Below, in pieces: positions 37,557 to 47,952 of a stretch of 64,000 nucleotides of DNA (position 1 is its first letter; each line of letters begins with the position of its first letter). The position numbers were made by a program, and so were the translations under genes. This DNA is from an uncultured Bacillota bacterium (GTDB taxonomy: Bacteria > Sysuimicrobiota > Sysuimicrobiia > Sysuimicrobiales > Segetimicrobiaceae). The DNA is taken from assembly GCA_963804645.1 (NCBI GenBank), contig CAWDRG010000004.1, positions 1 to 64,000 on the forward strand, written 5' to 3'. The notes beneath the pieces were generated by a model. It worked only from the letters and a program-made list of their open reading frames with translations, had not been told where the DNA came from and ran no database searches.

Positions 37557-39146
37557 CTACTGGGCGACGATCGCGGCCGTGTACCCCGCCGTGCGCACGC
37601 GCCGCGCGAGGGTCTGCGCGTCCTGCTCAGAGCCGAACACGCCGTAGTGCAGGACCGCGCGACCGGGGGCGAACGACGTGAGCGTCAGTGTCGGCATGAG
37701 CCCGATGTCGAGCATCGCGACGGCGCGGCGCTCGGCCACGACGCGCGGCAGCGGTCCCGAGACCACGAAATAGTGGTGGGGTGCCGGAGGCGCGGCCTGC
37801 CGGGCGCTCGGATGGCGTGCCGTGCGCGGGGCCCGAGCGAAGTGTCTCGTCGAGCGCGCCGCCGCCGGCTGACGCGCGGCAAGGGGAACGTTCGCGGGCG
37901 CCGCCGTGCGTTCGATCGGATCGTGCCGGAACTCCGCGACCACCGCGGGCGCCGGCGCCGGCGTGCCGTGCTGCGGCGGCGCCGCACGCAGCCACCCGGT
38001 GGAGCCGAGCGCAAACCCGGTGATCAAGGCCACCGCGACTGTCGCTACTGGCACGAAGAAGCGGGCTGGCCCCACGGCGCGCTCGCGGACCGCGGCGAAC
38101 GGCACCGCCGTCTCCGACAGAGGGGACTGCCGCCGCGCGCGTGCGTGGTCCGTACGGTACGCTCTCGTCGTCCCGAACAGGCGCCGTTCGGCCGCGTCCA
38201 GGAGATGTTCGAGATCCGCGCCGTCCCCCGGCCAGGTGGCCGTGCCCCACGTCATGCCAAACGGTGCGAGGCTTCCGTCGTCGGTCTCGAGCTCCAAGCG
38301 GCGCAGGCCTAGCGACGCGAGCGTTTTTTGGGCTTCGAGCGCCGTGGCGCCGGTGAGCAGCAGGAGAAACCCGTTCCCGCCGTAGCGGATCGCCAGATCC
38401 TCCGGCCGGATCTCCGCGGCGAGGATTTCTGCGACCCGGAGGGGCACGCGGTTTGCGCCGTCCTCGAACAGCGCCGCTTCATCCCCATCCGTATCCATGA
38501 CCGCGATGGTGAAGCTGCGGTGCGTCCGGGCCGCCTCCGCGACCTCGGCCTCGACGCGGTCGGCAAACGCCCGAAGGTGCGCGACCTCGAGCGTCCCGAC
38601 GTCCTGGGCGAGGCCCGTCAGCGGATTCGCGTCCGAGACGTCCCTGAGGTGCCGGTCGAGATGGCGCGTGACCTCGAGGGCGCCGGCGAGATACCGGCCG
38701 ACCGCGGTCAGGAGCGCCAGATCGGCCTCGCGCAGCATATTCGGGCGGGGACGTCCCACGCACAGCACGCCGACTGGCTGTCCCCGGACCTTGAGCGGCA
38801 CGTACACGGCGCAGCGGATGCGGGCGCCGCCGGCCCCGGCGTCAATTTCTCCACGGGAGACGAGGATGGTCCGGCCCGACCGGAGGACCGTCTCCCAGGG
38901 GCCGCGGTCCGCCGGGATCGAAGCGCCGTCGGCGTCGGCGAACAGCCCCGACGCGGCCCGCACGACGAGGACCTCGTCCGCGTCGTCGTCCAGCATGGCG
39001 GCGGCGCACGAGTCGTAGCCGAGTTCGCTCCGAAGCGACCTCAGCACGGCGTGCAGGAAGTCGGTGAGGCTGAGCGCGGTCGCGGACTCCGCGGCCAAGC
39101 ACTCAAGAAACGTCGCGATCTTGTTGAGTCGGGTCTCTGGCGGCAT
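37557..39146 (-). CDS. GAF + degenerate GGDEF + TM + SPOR-like domain protein
   Basis: AGGAGG RBS; GAF (VPLKVRGQPVGVL); RPEDLAIRYGGNGF; TM; C-terminal GVFGSEQDAQTLARRVRTAGY. Confidence 0.75.
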   Translation of the reverse strand: MPPETRLNKIATFLECLAAESATALSLTDFLHAVLRSLRSELGYDSCAAAMLDDDADEVLVVRAASGLFADADGASIPADRGPWETVLRSGRTILVSRGEIDAGAGGARIRCAVYVPLKVRGQPVGVLCVGRPRPNMLREADLALLTAVGRYLAGALEVTRHLDRHLRDVSDANPLTGLAQDVGTLEVAHLRAFADRVEAEVAEAARTHRSFTIAVMDTDGDEAALFEDGANRVPLRVAEILAAEIRPEDLAIRYGGNGFLLLLTGATALEAQKTLASLGLRRLELETDDGSLAPFGMTWGTATWPGDGADLEHLLDAAERRLFGTTRAYRTDHARARRQSPLSETAVPFAAVRERAVGPARFFVPVATVAVALITGFALGSTGWLRAAPPQHGTPAPAPAVVAEFRHDPIERTAAPANVPLAARQPAAARSTRHFARAPRTARHPSARQAAPPAPHHYFVVSGPLPRVVAERRAVAMLDIGLMPTLTLTSFAPGRAVLHYGVFGSEQDAQTLARRVRTAGYTAAIVAQ

Positions 39147-39441
39147 GGCTTGCGCCTCCTCTGCGAGCGTCGCCGAACCGCTAGTGATCCCCCCACCGTA
39201 GCGTATGCCCACGCCGGCGGCTCCGCAGACCGGGCGCCGGCGCCCGTCACGCCCCCCACGGGATCGCGGCGCGGAGGATCTCACCGGCGCGCGGCCGTAT
39301 ATGCTCCTCGTGTTCCGGGAGTCGACGCGGAGGTCGCGCCGCGGGCGGCGCCCTCCCGGCGCTCATCCACACCGAGATGCTCACGCAGTTGACGCAGGGG
39401 GGACTGACCTTGGACGCGGGGGGCGTGGGGGACGAACGACG

Positions 39442-39855
39442 GTGTTGATCCTTCCACAGCTCTGGCATCCACTGGTCGTGCACTTTCCGATCGCACTGTG
39501 GCTGGCGAGCACGTTCTTCGATGTGCTGGATCGGCGGCACGCGGACCCGATGTTTCGGCGGATGGCGTACTGGCTCGTCGGGCTCGGTCTGATCGGAGCG
39601 GCCGTCTCGATCGCGCTCGGGTGGACCGACTTGTTCGCCCAAGAGGCCCAGGGCGTCGGGACGGCGCTCATAGTGAAGCACGGCTACCACAGCTGGGCCG
39701 CCTACGTGGCGACCGCGACCTACCTCGCGAATTTCATCTGGCGGTGGCGCACCGACAACACAGCCGCGGACCGGATCCTGCCGCTGTCCCTGCTGGGCGC
39801 GGTGCTGATCGCGCTCACGGGATGGCTGGGCGGCGATCTGCGGAGCGTCATGTAG
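39442..39855 (+). CDS. DUF2231-like membrane protein
   Basis: HPLVVHFPIAL, several TM helices, TGWLGGDL. Confidence 0.8.
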   Translation: MLILPQLWHPLVVHFPIALWLASTFFDVLDRRHADPMFRRMAYWLVGLGLIGAAVSIALGWTDLFAQEAQGVGTALIVKHGYHSWAAYVATATYLANFIWRWRTDNTAADRILPLSLLGAVLIALTGWLGGDLRSVM

Positions 39856-39973
39856 CGCCGGGCCGGTGCGCCGGCGGCGCCCGGGTGGGGAGGGCTGGCG
39901 TTGCGCCGGCACGAAATACGGACGGCGGCGCCGCCGTACTCCCACACGAGGTCAGGCGGACCCGGAGCGCGGC

Positions 39974-42415
39974 ATGAGCGGTCAGTACGATCCGACCACA
40001 ATCGAGGCCAAATGGCAGGCGCGGTGGCAGGCGGACGGCCTGTACCGCGTTCAAGACGATCCGTCGCGCCCGAAGTGCCTCTTCGTGACGATGTATCCAT
40101 ACCCGAGCGGCGATCTGCACATCGGGCATTGGTATGCGATGACGCCGTCCGACGCGAAGGCCCGATACCTCCGGATGCGGGGGTACAATGTCCTGTTTCC
40201 GATGGGGTTCGACGCGTTCGGACTGCCGGCGGAGAACGCGGCGATCCAGCACGGCATCCACCCGTTCAAGTGGACGATGGCCAACATCGAGCGGATGCGC
40301 GGCCAACTGCGCTCGATGGGCACGATGTTCGATTGGACGCGGGAGATCGTCACGTGCCGGCCCGACTACTACGTCTGGAACCAGTGGTTTTTCCTGAAGT
40401 TCTATGAGGCGGGGCTCGCCTACCGCGCCATGGCCGCCGTGGACTGGTGTCCGAACTGCAACACGACGCTCGCGCGCGAGCAGGTCGTCGGCGCCGACCG
40501 CGTCTGCGAGCGCTGCGGCACGCCGGTGATCAAGAAGGACCTGGAGCAGTGGTTCTTCCGCATCACCAAGTACGCCGACGAACTGCTGGATTTCAGCCGG
40601 ATGGAGTGGCCCGAGCGGGTCCAAACGCTGCAGCGCAACTGGATCGGCCGCAGCGAAGGGGCCGAGATCGTCTACACGAGCGAGCGGGGAGATCCGATCA
40701 CCGTCTTCACCACGCGGCCGGACACCCTGTACGGAGCGACGTTTCTCGTGCTGGCGCCCGAGCACCCGCTCGTCGAGGCGCTGACCACGCCGGAGCACCG
40801 CGCGGCGGTCGCCGCGTACGTCCAGCGCACCCGCCGCGAGACCGAGATCGAGCGCCTGTCGGAGGACCGCGAGAAGACCGGCGTCTTCATCGGCGCCTAC
40901 GCGCGGCACCCGCTGACGAACGCGCGGATCCCGATCTACATCGGCGACTACGTGCTGCTGTCGTACGGGACCGGCGCGATCCACGCGGTCCCGGCGCACG
41001 ACACGCGCGACTTCGCGTTCGCCGTGAAGTACGGCCTGCCGATCCCGGTCGTGATCGCGCCGCCGGATTGGGACGGGAAGCCGCTGCGGGAGGCGTACGT
41101 CGGCGAGGGCGTCATGGTCAACTCCGGGCCGTTCGACGGCACCCCGAGCCACGAGGGGCGGCGCCTCGTGACGGAGGCGCTCGAGCGGACCGGCCGCGGG
41201 CGGGCGGCCGTGACGTACCGGCTGCGGGACTGGCTGATCAGCCGCCAGCGCTACTGGGGGACGCCGATTCCGATCATCTACTGCCCGTCGTGCGGCGCCG
41301 TGCCGGTGCCGTACGCGGACCTGCCGGTGCTGCTGCCCGAGGACGCGGAGTTTCTGCCCACCGGAGAGTCCCCGCTCAAGCACAACGAGCGGTTCCTCCG
41401 GACGACGTGCCCGAAGTGCGGGGGGCCCGCCGAGCGCGAGACCGACACGATGGACACGTTTGTCGACTCGTCGTGGTACCAGTTTCGCTACCTCGACCCC
41501 CACAACGCCGAGGCCCCGTTCGGGCAGGCGCCGCTGCGGGCGTGGGCGCCGGTGGATCAATACACGGGCGGCATCGAGCACGCGGTGATGCACCTGATGT
41601 ACACGCGCTTCTTTGCGAAGGTGATGCGCGACCTCGGCCTCGTGTGGTTCGACGAGCCGATGCTGCGCCTCTTCAACCAGGGGATCATTCTCGGGCCCGA
41701 CGGCAACCGGATGAGCAAGTCCCGCGGCAACGTGGTGAATCCGGACGAGTACGTGGGGACGGTGGGCGCGGACGTCGTCCGCGCGTACCTGATGTTCATC
41801 GGGCCGTGGGACGGCGGCGGCCCGTGGAATCCCCGGGGCATCGAGGGCATCCATCGGTTCCTCCTGCGCGTGTGGCATCTGGTGCTCGATCCGCCTCCGG
41901 CGGGGACCGCCGCCGGGCCCGAGGCCGCGGCACTCGTGCGGCGGACGATCCACCAGACGCTGCGCCGGGTGACGGAGGATCTCGAGGGCTTCCGCTTCAA
42001 CACCGCGATCGCGGCGCTGATGGAGTGCACGACCGCGCTCACCCGGCTCAGGGACGAGGGGGCCGCGGGCACGTCCGAGTGGGCGCCCGCGCTGCGGACG
42101 CTCATCCTGATGCTGGCGCCGCTCACCCCGCACCTCGCCGAGGAACTGTGGGAGCGGGTGGGCGGGTCCGAGAGCGTGCACCGCCAGGCGTGGCCGGCGT
42201 GGGATCCGGACGCGGTCCGGGAGGACTTCATGACGCTCGTCCTGCAGGTGAACGGCAAGGTCCGCGACCGGGTCACCGTGCCCGCGGGGTCGGACGACGC
42301 CCGGCTGCGCGAGGCCGCGCTCGAGAGCGAGAAGGTGCGGAAGTTCCTCGACGGCAAGTCGGTCGAAGACGTGATCGTCGTGCCGGGCAAGCTCGTCAAC
42401 GTCGTGGCCCGGTAG
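39974..42415 (+). CDS. leuS: Leucine--tRNA ligase
   Basis: PYPSGDLHIGH, DAFGLPAENAA, VFTTRPDT editing domain, RDWLISRQRYWG, RMSKS. Confidence 0.98.
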   Translation: MSGQYDPTTIEAKWQARWQADGLYRVQDDPSRPKCLFVTMYPYPSGDLHIGHWYAMTPSDAKARYLRMRGYNVLFPMGFDAFGLPAENAAIQHGIHPFKWTMANIERMRGQLRSMGTMFDWTREIVTCRPDYYVWNQWFFLKFYEAGLAYRAMAAVDWCPNCNTTLAREQVVGADRVCERCGTPVIKKDLEQWFFRITKYADELLDFSRMEWPERVQTLQRNWIGRSEGAEIVYTSERGDPITVFTTRPDTLYGATFLVLAPEHPLVEALTTPEHRAAVAAYVQRTRRETEIERLSEDREKTGVFIGAYARHPLTNARIPIYIGDYVLLSYGTGAIHAVPAHDTRDFAFAVKYGLPIPVVIAPPDWDGKPLREAYVGEGVMVNSGPFDGTPSHEGRRLVTEALERTGRGRAAVTYRLRDWLISRQRYWGTPIPIIYCPSCGAVPVPYADLPVLLPEDAEFLPTGESPLKHNERFLRTTCPKCGGPAERETDTMDTFVDSSWYQFRYLDPHNAEAPFGQAPLRAWAPVDQYTGGIEHAVMHLMYTRFFAKVMRDLGLVWFDEPMLRLFNQGIILGPDGNRMSKSRGNVVNPDEYVGTVGADVVRAYLMFIGPWDGGGPWNPRGIEGIHRFLLRVWHLVLDPPPAGTAAGPEAAALVRRTIHQTLRRVTEDLEGFRFNTAIAALMECTTALTRLRDEGAAGTSEWAPALRTLILMLAPLTPHLAEELWERVGGSESVHRQAWPAWDPDAVREDFMTLVLQVNGKVRDRVTVPAGSDDARLREAALESEKVRKFLDGKSVEDVIVVPGKLVNVVAR

Positions 42416-42425
42416 GGGGGCGCGC

Positions 42426-42450
42426 GAACCTTTTGGCGGTCCGTCCCGTT
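42426..42450 (+). promoter_or_regulatory. ECF-sigma-type promoter upstream of the sigma gene
   Basis: GAAC-N17-CGTT, 8 nt before GTG 42459. Confidence 0.5.
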
Positions 42451-42458
42451 GTAAGACG

Positions 42459-43085
42459 GTGATGGGCACGCCCGCCGCGCTGGTGTCGATGGCTCGCCCC
42501 AACGCCGCGCACGCGCTGTCGTATACCGCGGAGGAGCTCGCGCGGTACGACGCGATCGTGCAGCGGTACGCCCGCCACGTCTACAACATCGCGTACCGGA
42601 TGGCGGGAAACGAGGCCGATGCCCGGGATCTCACGCAGGAAGCGTTTGTGCGGGTCTACCGGGCGCTGCGCCGGGTGGAGCCGGACGCGCCGCTGGAGAG
42701 CTGGCTGTACCGGATCGTCAGCAACCTGCACATCGACCTGCTGCGCAAGCGGCCGCGCCAGCGCGTCGAATCGCTCGACGCCGCGGTCGACACGCCGCGC
42801 GGCGAGATGCTGCGCGAGCTGCCCGATCCGGGGTCGAGCCCGGAGGCGATCATCGAGCGCGAGCAGCTGGACGGGACGATCCAGCGCGCGCTCGGGACCT
42901 TGAGCGAGGATCTGCGCATGGTAGTGGTGTTGAGCGACATCGAAGGCTATTCGTACGAGGAGATCGCGATGCTTCTGCACGTGCCGCTCGGAACCGTGAA
43001 ATCGCGCCTCCACCGGGCGCGCCAGACGCTGCAGCAGCGCCTCGCGCCGTACGTCGAGGCGCGGCGGCGGGGGTGGGAATCATGA
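42459..43085 (+). CDS. ECF RNA polymerase sigma factor (RpoE/SigW-like)
   Basis: DARDLTQEAF, SWLYRI..N, SYEEIA...GTVKSRLHRAR. Confidence 0.93.
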   Translation: MMGTPAALVSMARPNAAHALSYTAEELARYDAIVQRYARHVYNIAYRMAGNEADARDLTQEAFVRVYRALRRVEPDAPLESWLYRIVSNLHIDLLRKRPRQRVESLDAAVDTPRGEMLRELPDPGSSPEAIIEREQLDGTIQRALGTLSEDLRMVVVLSDIEGYSYEEIAMLLHVPLGTVKSRLHRARQTLQQRLAPYVEARRRGWES

Positions 43086-43585
43086 CCCTCAACCACGATC
43101 GGGTCGAGCGCCTGCTGTCCTCGTACCTGGACAGCGAGCTCCCGCCCGCGGAGGCGGCGGCCGTCCAGGAGCACCTGCTCGACTGCGCGGAGTGCCGCGA
43201 TGCGTACGAGGGGCTGCGCGCGACGAAGGTGCTGCTCGGGGCGCTGCCGCTTGCGGAACCGCCCGCGGAGTTTTGGGCGGCGGTGCGCGAGCCGCGGCCG
43301 GCGCGGGCGGTCCTCCCGAACGCTCGGCGCCCGTGGTTCCGGCAGCAGCTCGCGTGGGCGTCCGCGGCCGCGGTGCTGGTCGTCGCCGTGGCGGTCACCC
43401 CGGTCGTGCGTGGGACGATCGACCGCCTCCACACGTCCCAGGTCGGACTCGACCTGTACCTCCGCCAGCACGCGGTGCAGATGAGCGCCGAGCCCTTCAC
43501 CGATCGGGCATATCTCGGGCTCGCGACCGGCGACGCCGATCTGGTGCTCGCCGGCGACGCGACCCCGGCGGGGAAGGTTCCGTGA
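43082..43585 (+). CDS. Zinc-binding anti-sigma factor (zf-HC2) with TM
   Basis: LSSYLDSEL, HLLDCAEC (HxxxCxxC), TM. Confidence 0.88.
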   Translation: MTLNHDRVERLLSSYLDSELPPAEAAAVQEHLLDCAECRDAYEGLRATKVLLGALPLAEPPAEFWAAVREPRPARAVLPNARRPWFRQQLAWASAAAVLVVAVAVTPVVRGTIDRLHTSQVGLDLYLRQHAVQMSAEPFTDRAYLGLATGDADLVLAGDATPAGKVP

Positions 43586-44910
43586 TCAGCCGCGGGCGCC
43601 TCGGCCTCGGGATCGTCGCGGCCGCCGCGCTCGTCTTGGTGGCCGCGGGGGCCGACCGGGCGGCGCCGGCGCCTAACGCCCCGGTGTCGGCGGCGGCGAT
43701 GCTGACGCTTGCCCTCCAGGCGCCGCGCCTCATCGACTACGAAGGCACCAAGGTCGTCACCCTCCCGCGCCAGGGCCGGACGGAGACGATCACCGCCGTC
43801 GAGGCCCACAAGCGGCCGGACATGGTGCGGCTCGAGTACGTGTCGCCGCCGGACGTCGCGGGGCGCCTAATCGTGGACGACGGGCACGCGTCGTGGCACT
43901 ACGAGCCCAGCCATAATGTGGTCTTCGAGGGCCCGACGATGGAGGCCGGTCTGTTCACCGGCGGCATGGCGCAGCTCCGCCGCAACTACCGGGTCACCGC
44001 GCTCGGCACCGACGACGTGATCGGCCGGCCGACGTATCTGATGCTGCTCGAGCCGAACGCGCCGGGCGTCAGCCGCGAGCTGTGGATCGACCAGGCGACG
44101 GGGACCGTGCTGCGCACCGAGGAGCGCGACGAAGCGCGCGGCGTCGTGCTCACGACCTACTTCTCGCGCATCAGCTTCAGCCTCAATCTGCCGGCCGCGT
44201 ACTTTCAGTTCCAGGCGCCGGCCGGGGCGCGCGTGGTCCCGATGTTCACGCTCTCCGGGGACGCACCGAGCTCCAACGCGCTCAGCCGGCGGGCCGGCGT
44301 GACCGCGCTCGTGCCGCCCGTCCTGCCGGATTCCTACGTGTTTACCGGGGCCGCGGTCAGCCGGTTCGGCACCCTGACATCGGTATATCTCCGATACAGC
44401 GACGGCGAGAACCTGTTCTCGCTGTTCGAGGCCCCCGCCGGGTCGATCGGCTCGACGTCCGGGCGGACGATCCAGGTCGGCGCCGCGAGCGGACGCCTCG
44501 TGGATCTCGGCTACCTCCGGGTGCTGACCTGGGAGCAGGGCGGCCTGCGCCTGACCGCGGTCGGCACGATGACGGCGGACGCGCTGACCGCGATCGCGAG
44601 CCACCTCGTCGGCGATCCGGAACCGGCGCTCGTCCAGTCGGTCGCGCAGGCGGCCGCGGTCGATCCGGCGACCGTGACCGAGCTCCGGGGGGAGGGCCTG
44701 ACGTTTCCTGAGATCGCGCGCGCCGTGATGCTCTCGCGGGCGGTCGGCACGGACGTACCGACCGCCGTCCGGTACCTCGCGGGCGGGATCCCCGGGACCG
44801 TGCTGGCCGGCCAGTTGGATATGACCCAGGCGGTGTGGAAGCAGCGCGTCGCGGACGCGCTCGACCGCGCGTCCTCGGTGGGCCCGCACCTGACCGCACC
44901 AAACCCGTAA
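43582..44910 (+). CDS. MucB/RseB-like periplasmic regulator with C-terminal extension
   Basis: Signal peptide, DYEG, RLEY..P, LWIDQATG.VLR, LolA-like pattern; follows the anti-sigma. Confidence 0.7.
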   Translation: MISRGRLGLGIVAAAALVLVAAGADRAAPAPNAPVSAAAMLTLALQAPRLIDYEGTKVVTLPRQGRTETITAVEAHKRPDMVRLEYVSPPDVAGRLIVDDGHASWHYEPSHNVVFEGPTMEAGLFTGGMAQLRRNYRVTALGTDDVIGRPTYLMLLEPNAPGVSRELWIDQATGTVLRTEERDEARGVVLTTYFSRISFSLNLPAAYFQFQAPAGARVVPMFTLSGDAPSSNALSRRAGVTALVPPVLPDSYVFTGAAVSRFGTLTSVYLRYSDGENLFSLFEAPAGSIGSTSGRTIQVGAASGRLVDLGYLRVLTWEQGGLRLTAVGTMTADALTAIASHLVGDPEPALVQSVAQAAAVDPATVTELRGEGLTFPEIARAVMLSRAVGTDVPTAVRYLAGGIPGTVLAGQLDMTQAVWKQRVADALDRASSVGPHLTAPNP

Positions 44911-44952
44911 TCGACCGACGCGCGGTCCCACGCGCGCGGATCACGAGGTGCC

Positions 44953-45864
44953 ATGATACGGATTCCGCAGCTGCGGCGCGCGGCCGTCGTCGCGATCGCG
45001 GCGCTGATCGGCGCCGCCGGCCCGACGCTCGGCGTCGCGGCACCGGCGGGCCCGGCTCCCCTCGCGAAGGGGTGGGGCCGTGTGGTCGCGTCGGGCATCC
45101 TCTCCTCCGTGGACCGGACGCACGGGCGGGTCCAGCTCGCGGTCTCCGGGACCGGGACGGTGGACTGGTTTGAGGGCGGCACCGCCTGGCGTCAGACGCC
45201 GCTCACGGGGACCCGGACGGTCCGGCTGCTGCCCGCGACGACGCTCGTGGACGCCACGGCGCACGCGCTGCCGCTTGCCGGGGTGCGGCCGGGTGCATTC
45301 GCGATCCTGTGGGGCGTCGCCAGCCCGAACGCGGACATGGCCGGGATGATCCTCGAGGTCGCCACGCCGTCTGCGGGATCGGCGGCCGCCCTGAGCGCCG
45401 CCGCCCCGCAGACGGGCGTGGTCGTTGGTCGGGCGGGGTCGGCGCTCGAGGTCCTCTCCGGCGCCGGGACGCGGCGCACCATCGTCATGACCGCGACGAC
45501 GGGGGTCATGGCCGGCGGCCGGACGGTCGCCGCCGGATCGATCGTCCCCGACGATATCGTGGCGGTCGCGGGGCCGATGAACTCGGACGGGAGCATCGTC
45601 GCGACGAAGGTCACGATCGAATTTTCCGCGCCGAACTCCGCGCGCGTGTCGGGGCCGCTCGAGGAGGTCCTGACTGCGGTCGGCGGCCTCGTGGCCGACG
45701 GCACGATGATCTCCACGTCGGCGGACACGTATCTGCTTCGAAGCGGATCGGGCGTGCCGCTCTCTCAGGCGGCCCCTGGGAGTCTCGTCGTGGCGTACGG
45801 AATTCCCGTGCTCGACGACGCCACCCCGGTCGGGCTCGCCGCGCGCGTGATCGTGCTGCGCTGA
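44953..45864 (+). CDS. Secreted protein with OB-fold-like repeats (DUF5666-like)
   Basis: Signal peptide; repeated pattern such as VAVAGPMNSDGSIVATKV. Confidence 0.6.
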   Translation: MIRIPQLRRAAVVAIAALIGAAGPTLGVAAPAGPAPLAKGWGRVVASGILSSVDRTHGRVQLAVSGTGTVDWFEGGTAWRQTPLTGTRTVRLLPATTLVDATAHALPLAGVRPGAFAILWGVASPNADMAGMILEVATPSAGSAAALSAAAPQTGVVVGRAGSALEVLSGAGTRRTIVMTATTGVMAGGRTVAAGSIVPDDIVAVAGPMNSDGSIVATKVTIEFSAPNSARVSGPLEEVLTAVGGLVADGTMISTSADTYLLRSGSGVPLSQAAPGSLVVAYGIPVLDDATPVGLAARVIVLR

Positions 45865-45983
45865 GCAGCCCCGGGCTGCGTTCCACGAACGCGCGCGCCG
45901 GGGGCGGGCGCATGGGGCGGGGACGGAAGCAGGCCCGAGGGTGCGCCGAGCCCGGCCACGCCGTCGGGAGAGCAGGGGGGGCG

Positions 45984-46298
45984 ATGGATCTCGCGACGCT
46001 GCAGGCGCAGATCACGGCGACGTTTGGGGCGCGCGACCGCGCCCGCGGCGTGGACGGGACGTTCCGGCGCCTCGTCGAGGAGATCGGAGAGGTCGCGAAG
46101 GATCTCCGCGGCGGCGACCGCGCGGCGCTGGCCCTCGAACTGTCGGACGTGCTCGCGTGGACGCTCAGCGTCGCCGCACTGTGCGGGGTGGACCTCGACC
46201 GGGCGGCGGCGCGGTACGCGGACGGCTGTCCGCGGTGCGGCGCCTCTCCGTGCCGGTGCCCGATGGATCGCCCCGCGACGCCGGCCGACGGATCCTAG
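45984..46298 (+). CDS. MazG-like nucleotide pyrophosphohydrolase
   Basis: LVEEIGEVA, ELSDVLAW, C-terminal CPRCGASPCRC. Confidence 0.85.
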   Translation: MDLATLQAQITATFGARDRARGVDGTFRRLVEEIGEVAKDLRGGDRAALALELSDVLAWTLSVAALCGVDLDRAAARYADGCPRCGASPCRCPMDRPATPADGS

Positions 46299-47107
46299 GT
46301 GCCGTAGAGCAGCAGCATCTCCCGGACGAGCGCGGCGGCCACGATCGGCGTCCGGCCGCTCGGATCCAGGGCCGGCGCCACCTCGACGAGATCCATGCCC
46401 ACGACCCGGTGCCCCGCGAGGCTGCGCAGCGACGCCAGCAGCTCCGCGTACGAGGCCCCGTCCGGCTCGGGGTTGCCGGTTCCGGGAGCGTCGCCCGGGT
46501 CGAGCACGTCGATGTCCACCGTCAGGTAGAGCGGGCGTTCGCGCAGCGTGTCGAGCAGCGCCCGGGGGAGCGCGACCTCCGGGGCGCAGTGCAGGCTGTG
46601 CCGCCGCGCGACGTCGAACTCGTCCCGGGTGCCCGCGCGGATGCCGAGCTGCACCAGCGCGCGGCCGTCGTCGAGCAGCCGGCGCATGACCGTGGCGTGG
46701 CTGACCCGCGCGCCCTCATACTCGTCGCGCAGGTCCGTGTGCGCGTCCCATTGGACGACCGTGACGCCCGGGTGGCGGGACGCGATTGCGCGGACGGCGC
46801 CGAGTGTGACGGTGTGTTCCCCGCCGAGCAGGAAGGGCAGGCCGGAGGGCGTACCGCGCTGGATCGCGGAGACCATCGCGGCGGGGTCGAGGCCCTCGAG
46901 GTCGAGGTTCCCGAGGTCGGCGAACGCGAGCGCATCGAGATCCCGGTCGAGGCGCGGGCTGTAGGTCTCGATGCTCTCCGATGCCCGCCGGATGGCGTCC
47001 GGCCCGAATCGGCTCCCGCGCCGGAACGACGCCGTCGCGTCATACGGCGCGCCGATGAGCGACGCGCGCGGTGATCCGGCGGCGCCGCCCGCCGACAGAA
47101 ACCTCAC
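46295..47107 (-). CDS. speB: Agmatinase (ureohydrolase)
   Basis: GSRFGP, GGEH, DAHTD, DIDVLDP..APGTG.PE, DLVEVAP. Confidence 0.93.
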   Translation of the reverse strand: MRFLSAGGAAGSPRASLIGAPYDATASFRRGSRFGPDAIRRASESIETYSPRLDRDLDALAFADLGNLDLEGLDPAAMVSAIQRGTPSGLPFLLGGEHTVTLGAVRAIASRHPGVTVVQWDAHTDLRDEYEGARVSHATVMRRLLDDGRALVQLGIRAGTRDEFDVARRHSLHCAPEVALPRALLDTLRERPLYLTVDIDVLDPGDAPGTGNPEPDGASYAELLASLRSLAGHRVVGMDLVEVAPALDPSGRTPIVAAALVREMLLLYGT

Positions 47108-47952
47108 GGCGCGCGGAGCGCGAGGGCGAGGTAGGGCGGCAGATCCAGCGCGGCGTGGTGGCCGCGCGCGGTGTAGTAGCGGAGGGCAAACCCCTGCGTG
47201 CGGCGCGTGATCTCCTCGACCGGCACCTCGAGGGGATCGCGGCCGAGCGACCCCATCGTAAACGACCAGATGACGCCGGGGTACGCGAGCACCGTGGCGG
47301 TGTAGGTGCGCACGATCGGGAACGCCGGCCGGAGATGGCGCTGGACGGCGGCGATGAGGTCCTGCTGGTACACCGCGGATCCCGACTGGACGACCAGCAC
47401 GCCGTCGGGCGTGAGCCGCCGCGCGATCTGCGCGTAGAACTCCGGGTTGAACAGGCCGACCGCGGGGCCCTGCGGGTCGGTCGAGTCGACCAGGACGACG
47501 TCGAACGGCGCGCCGCCGTCCGCGACGTACGCGATGCCGTCGCCGACGATCAGTTCCGTGCGGGGGTCGTCGAAGGCGCCGCCGCCGATCACATCGAGGT
47601 ACGCGCGGCTCGTCCGCACCACCGCCTCATCGATCTCGACGAGCGTGGCCCGCTCGAGCGGGTGCTTCAGCGCTTCCTCGAGCGCGCCCCCGTCGCCGCC
47701 GCCGATGATGAGCAGCCGCCGGGGCGACGGATGGGTGAGCAGTCCGGGATGGGCCAGCATCTCGTGGTACACGAACTCGTCGCCTTCCGTCGTCTGCACC
47801 GCTCCGTCCAGCACGAGCATCCGGCCAAACCGCGGGCTCTCGTAGATCTCGAGATGCTGGTAGGCGGTCTGCTCCTCGTGGAGGCGGCGCGTCACCTGAA
47901 ACGTCGAGGTGAAGTCGAGGCATCCCTGGTCGGTGATCCATGCCCCTTTCAT
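47104..47952 (-). CDS. speE: Polyamine aminopropyltransferase
   Basis: LDGAVQ, YHEML.H, IIGGGDGG, VEID, DSTDP. Confidence 0.95.
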   Translation of the reverse strand: MKGAWITDQGCLDFTSTFQVTRRLHEEQTAYQHLEIYESPRFGRMLVLDGAVQTTEGDEFVYHEMLAHPGLLTHPSPRRLLIIGGGDGGALEEALKHPLERATLVEIDEAVVRTSRAYLDVIGGGAFDDPRTELIVGDGIAYVADGGAPFDVVLVDSTDPQGPAVGLFNPEFYAQIARRLTPDGVLVVQSGSAVYQQDLIAAVQRHLRPAFPIVRTYTATVLAYPGVIWSFTMGSLGRDPLEVPVEEITRRTQGFALRYYTARGHHAALDLPPYLALALRAP

